DNA from: Pavona decussata
Taxonomy: Eukaryota
Reading direction: 5' to 3'
Assembly: GCA_977016875.1 (NCBI GenBank)
Contig: CDRNST010000088.1
Location: 1,240,001-1,304,000 of the forward strand
DNA: 64,000 nucleotides
Below, in pieces: positions 60,966 to 64,000 of the stretch (its first letter is position 1; each line of letters opens with the position of its first letter). The notes under the pieces are model-generated. The model saw only the letters and a list, made by a program, of their open reading frames with translations, made no database searches and was not told where the DNA came from. Both the position numbers and the translations under genes were made by a program.

Positions 60966-63517
60966 CAGTTACTGGTTTTACTAAACTAAACACGCCGTTC
61001 GTACGATGGTGTCAAATGGCGTTAAATAGATTCCATTCTTAGATGTTGTTTTACTAAAAATCTTTTAAAAGATTTTTCTTTTCGTTTAGATACCATCAAA
61101 TTCACTCTGACGTCATTCCCGACCTGCGGGATTCAACCATCACTGGAAGACAACATTTCTTCTGGGGAATCCACGCATGCGCTCTGAGGTGACGCTAGTT
61201 CATGAAGAGACACTAGAGAGATCACCTCTTATTTTGGACAAAACACGTCAACATCTCACAATACATGTTCTTTGTGAAATCGAGTTTTGCCGGCTGGAGA
61301 AAAACCTTTCGAAGCAAATTTCGAAAAAAGTCGCATTGTATTTTGTTGAATAAGCGTCGTGCGTATAATTCGCTCACCCTTAGGAACATGCAGCAGCAGT
61401 CAACTTACTACCAGATGTACATTATGTAAAAATAAAGTTGTTTTATACCTCTTTCTATGTAGTACCATCTTGTGTGTATGCATTCATATATGTCGTCACA
61501 TGTTGCCAGTGGCCGATCTAGCCATCATCTATGGGAACTCCCCCACTCCCCACCCATGGTGCAGTCGAACGTTCGAAAACAGGTCCCCTACTTACGTGAA
61601 GCGGATCCTCCGCCACTGACCACTATAATGTTACGATTTGACAGTGCAACGAAAGGATATAAAAAAAAAAAACGTTTTATTTGGGCTTACTTTCGGCTTT
61701 GTCAGTTCCTTTATGCAGTTTATACTGATGAACGACGAGACAAAAACCGCAGCATGTTTGACTTTTGATTGGGTATTGCACTCATAATACCGTTTAATTT
61801 ATTATTTTAGTTGCCGAATTTCTACCTTTTTAATTAATTTTCTTTTCTAGTTTGTAACATAGAACACGACTTCAGGAACTGGTTAGCTGCATGGCTGTGT
61901 TGAATATTCGTTGTGATTTCTCTCTTTATACAATAATTTTTCCATCCAGATGAATTTATGATAACGCACGTTGATTTTGTTTATACATGCGTTTGACGAT
62001 GACATTTTGCTGTCGGAAATCCACTGAATAACACCGATTCTACAAACATACAGCAAAATGAATAATCGGGCGTGTTTGAGTGGGAGGGATATCTGATTCA
62101 GTATTCAGCATAACCAGGAAACGATTTGCGTTCATCGTATGACGTACTCAATCCCACGAGGAATATAATAATAATAGTAGAATTGAAAACAGCGATTTTG
62201 TTCACTTTTATGCCAACTTTAAGAATTGTTTGAAACCACAATAAGTTGACAGTTCTATCAGGAATCATTAACCTGCTGACCCACCAACTGTCGGTAAAAA
62301 ATCCTAAGGAACAAACCGGAAAAATGAAGCAATGATAGATGGGTTTACTGTCTCCAACCCAGTCGGATAAATCTCTTTGCATGAATGTCGCGAACTGAGT
62401 AATCACTGCTTTCTTATTTCCCAGACTACAACCAATTTAAAAACTGCCTAGTAAAGCGGATTTTTTCCGTGGTTGTGTAGTTTGTTATTTTAGCACAATT
62501 GATTATTTTTGTTCAGTGCACAGAAATGGAGCGTCGTAACTTGGTTGACAAGTTGACAACTGCATAATTTGTATTTAAAAATAAAAACACAGCTAGGTAA
62601 ATCTTAAAAGTTTAAATAATTACAAACTTGGAAGGCGGTGATGCACGCGGTATGAGCAGACTCGGTATATTGATTTAATTCACTTTTGTCCGTGAATGAG
62701 CCGGAAATTCTCCTTTGTGATCTACGAAACTGAGGGTAACTAGCATTGAACATTTGCAATCATGCCACACCGTTTTTAAAAGCATGTTTAATTGTTTCAC
62801 CATAAAGATAAAGGAAAAGGTCAGTATTTATTGGCTCCGGAGAGAACGAGAGAGATAAAAAACTCTAGCTTTTATGAAACTAAAAATAACTAGTCAAAAC
62901 TTTCACGTGGGTCAGGAATGATAAAATTACCTTTGAAAATTAATTGCTAGTCAGGCCAACGTCATTGAATGGTTTTGTGATTACACTTATATAATTAGCA
63001 CTTGAGGCTTCGAGTTATTTAATCAGGCCATCTTGAACTCCCTCTCTGTCGAACAAACTTTTGTTTCCTCTATTGAACGGTTTGCCGGGAGTATACTGTG
63101 CGAGATAAACGCGAAGATAAAACCACGTATTTCAGTATATTCTCTGAGCTTGGCGAGATACATCGAATTCCCTTAGAAATGACAATGAATGAGCTCGGAC
63201 CAGCCCAGCAGGACTGGGTCCTAAGCGAGAGCAAGTTTTGTGTAACTTTGTGTGGGCTGATGAATCACGATGTTCTTACAATAAAAATCGTACCTAGAGT
63301 CTATACCTTTTTATTGTAATCTGACACTACAACGCGCATACGGCTTGACGGCACCCACACACACACCTTCTCTCTCCCTCTCTCTGTGAATTTTTATGGC
63401 ACTTAGTTCGAGATGAAAGTTCCAGCCCAGTTAATTCAGACTGAGTTGGTATTTTCAACCTAGGATGGTTGCGAAACTTTTTTAAATGTGCAAGGACACT
63501 GCCATTATTGGAAGGAT

Positions 63518-63997
63518 TTAAACACGATCAAGACTGACCTTAATGTCCGCCTCAACCCACTCCTCCCCTCCTCCAAACCTAAGTGGGCTAAAAAATCTCC
63601 ATGTAATAGGACTCCAGCACACAGCATTGGAAGCCACTGGAGATGCTTTCAAAACAGTTTTGGGATTTCCCTTTGTGGCACCAACAGTATATTTATACCC
63701 CAAACAACAAACAGAGTGGATCATTCGAAACTGTCTTAAAAATGGTTTTATTAGAACTGCGTGCTATTCCCCCATTTCCGCTGACTGCGCCTTAATTTTC
63801 CGTCTTATTATTAAAAATTGCCCACCTTGGTTGACTCCCTTGGTTACCTGAAGCAACTTCAAGCGAAATTTATTGAAATTCCTGTAATATATTCCGACAC
63901 TTGGTTGTTTATTTCTTTGCACTGAATATTGGACGACATTCAAGTAATATTCTTTTGTTTCGAAGATTCTAGCCGATATTTTCACGATGATTTTCAT
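63518..63997 (-). CDS. Possible 3' exons of an unidentified gene (63997-63848 spliced to 63730-63518)
   Basis: CAG|GTAACC donor and CAG acceptor join two ORFs in phase 0. No recognisable motif. Confidence 0.35.
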
Positions 63998-64000
63998 TTG

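Noticed and set aside
62098-62406. 102-aa minus-strand ORF
   Set aside because: No motif, no convincing splice context or start; may be chance.

Overview
AT-rich eukaryotic genomic DNA with spliceosomal introns and dense MITEs/SINEs; the repeat types suggest a cnidarian, probably a stony coral (inference). Host genes: two tandem single-exon paralogues encoding secreted, RG/RS-rich, probably GPI-anchored proteins (4989-5828, 13399-14163); an intronless class A GPCR (26025-27131, -); a 4-exon TMEM138 (51570->35157, -); a 7-exon gene with two micro-exons resembling C7orf31/SPMIP4 (55582-60508, +); and possibly a gene end at the right edge. Mobile DNA: a young 5'-truncated Penelope-like element with a 500-bp inverted pseudo-LTR and hammerhead motifs (18228-20958); an intact BEL/Pao LTR retrotransposon in TMEM138 intron 1 (40374-48632); a hAT derivative with a 5-bp TSD; LINE fragments; tRNA-containing repeats; many MITEs. 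Top observations: (1) the BEL element has no tRNA PBS but a perfect 9-nt fold-back to its predicted transcript start, suggesting self-priming; (2) the same insertion has a 122-bp target duplication and a clipped U5 end; (3) the paralogue pair has a prion/Shadoo-like layout; (4) the tRNA-cored repeats have Penelope-type insertion structures. All homology calls are from recalled motifs, not database searches.
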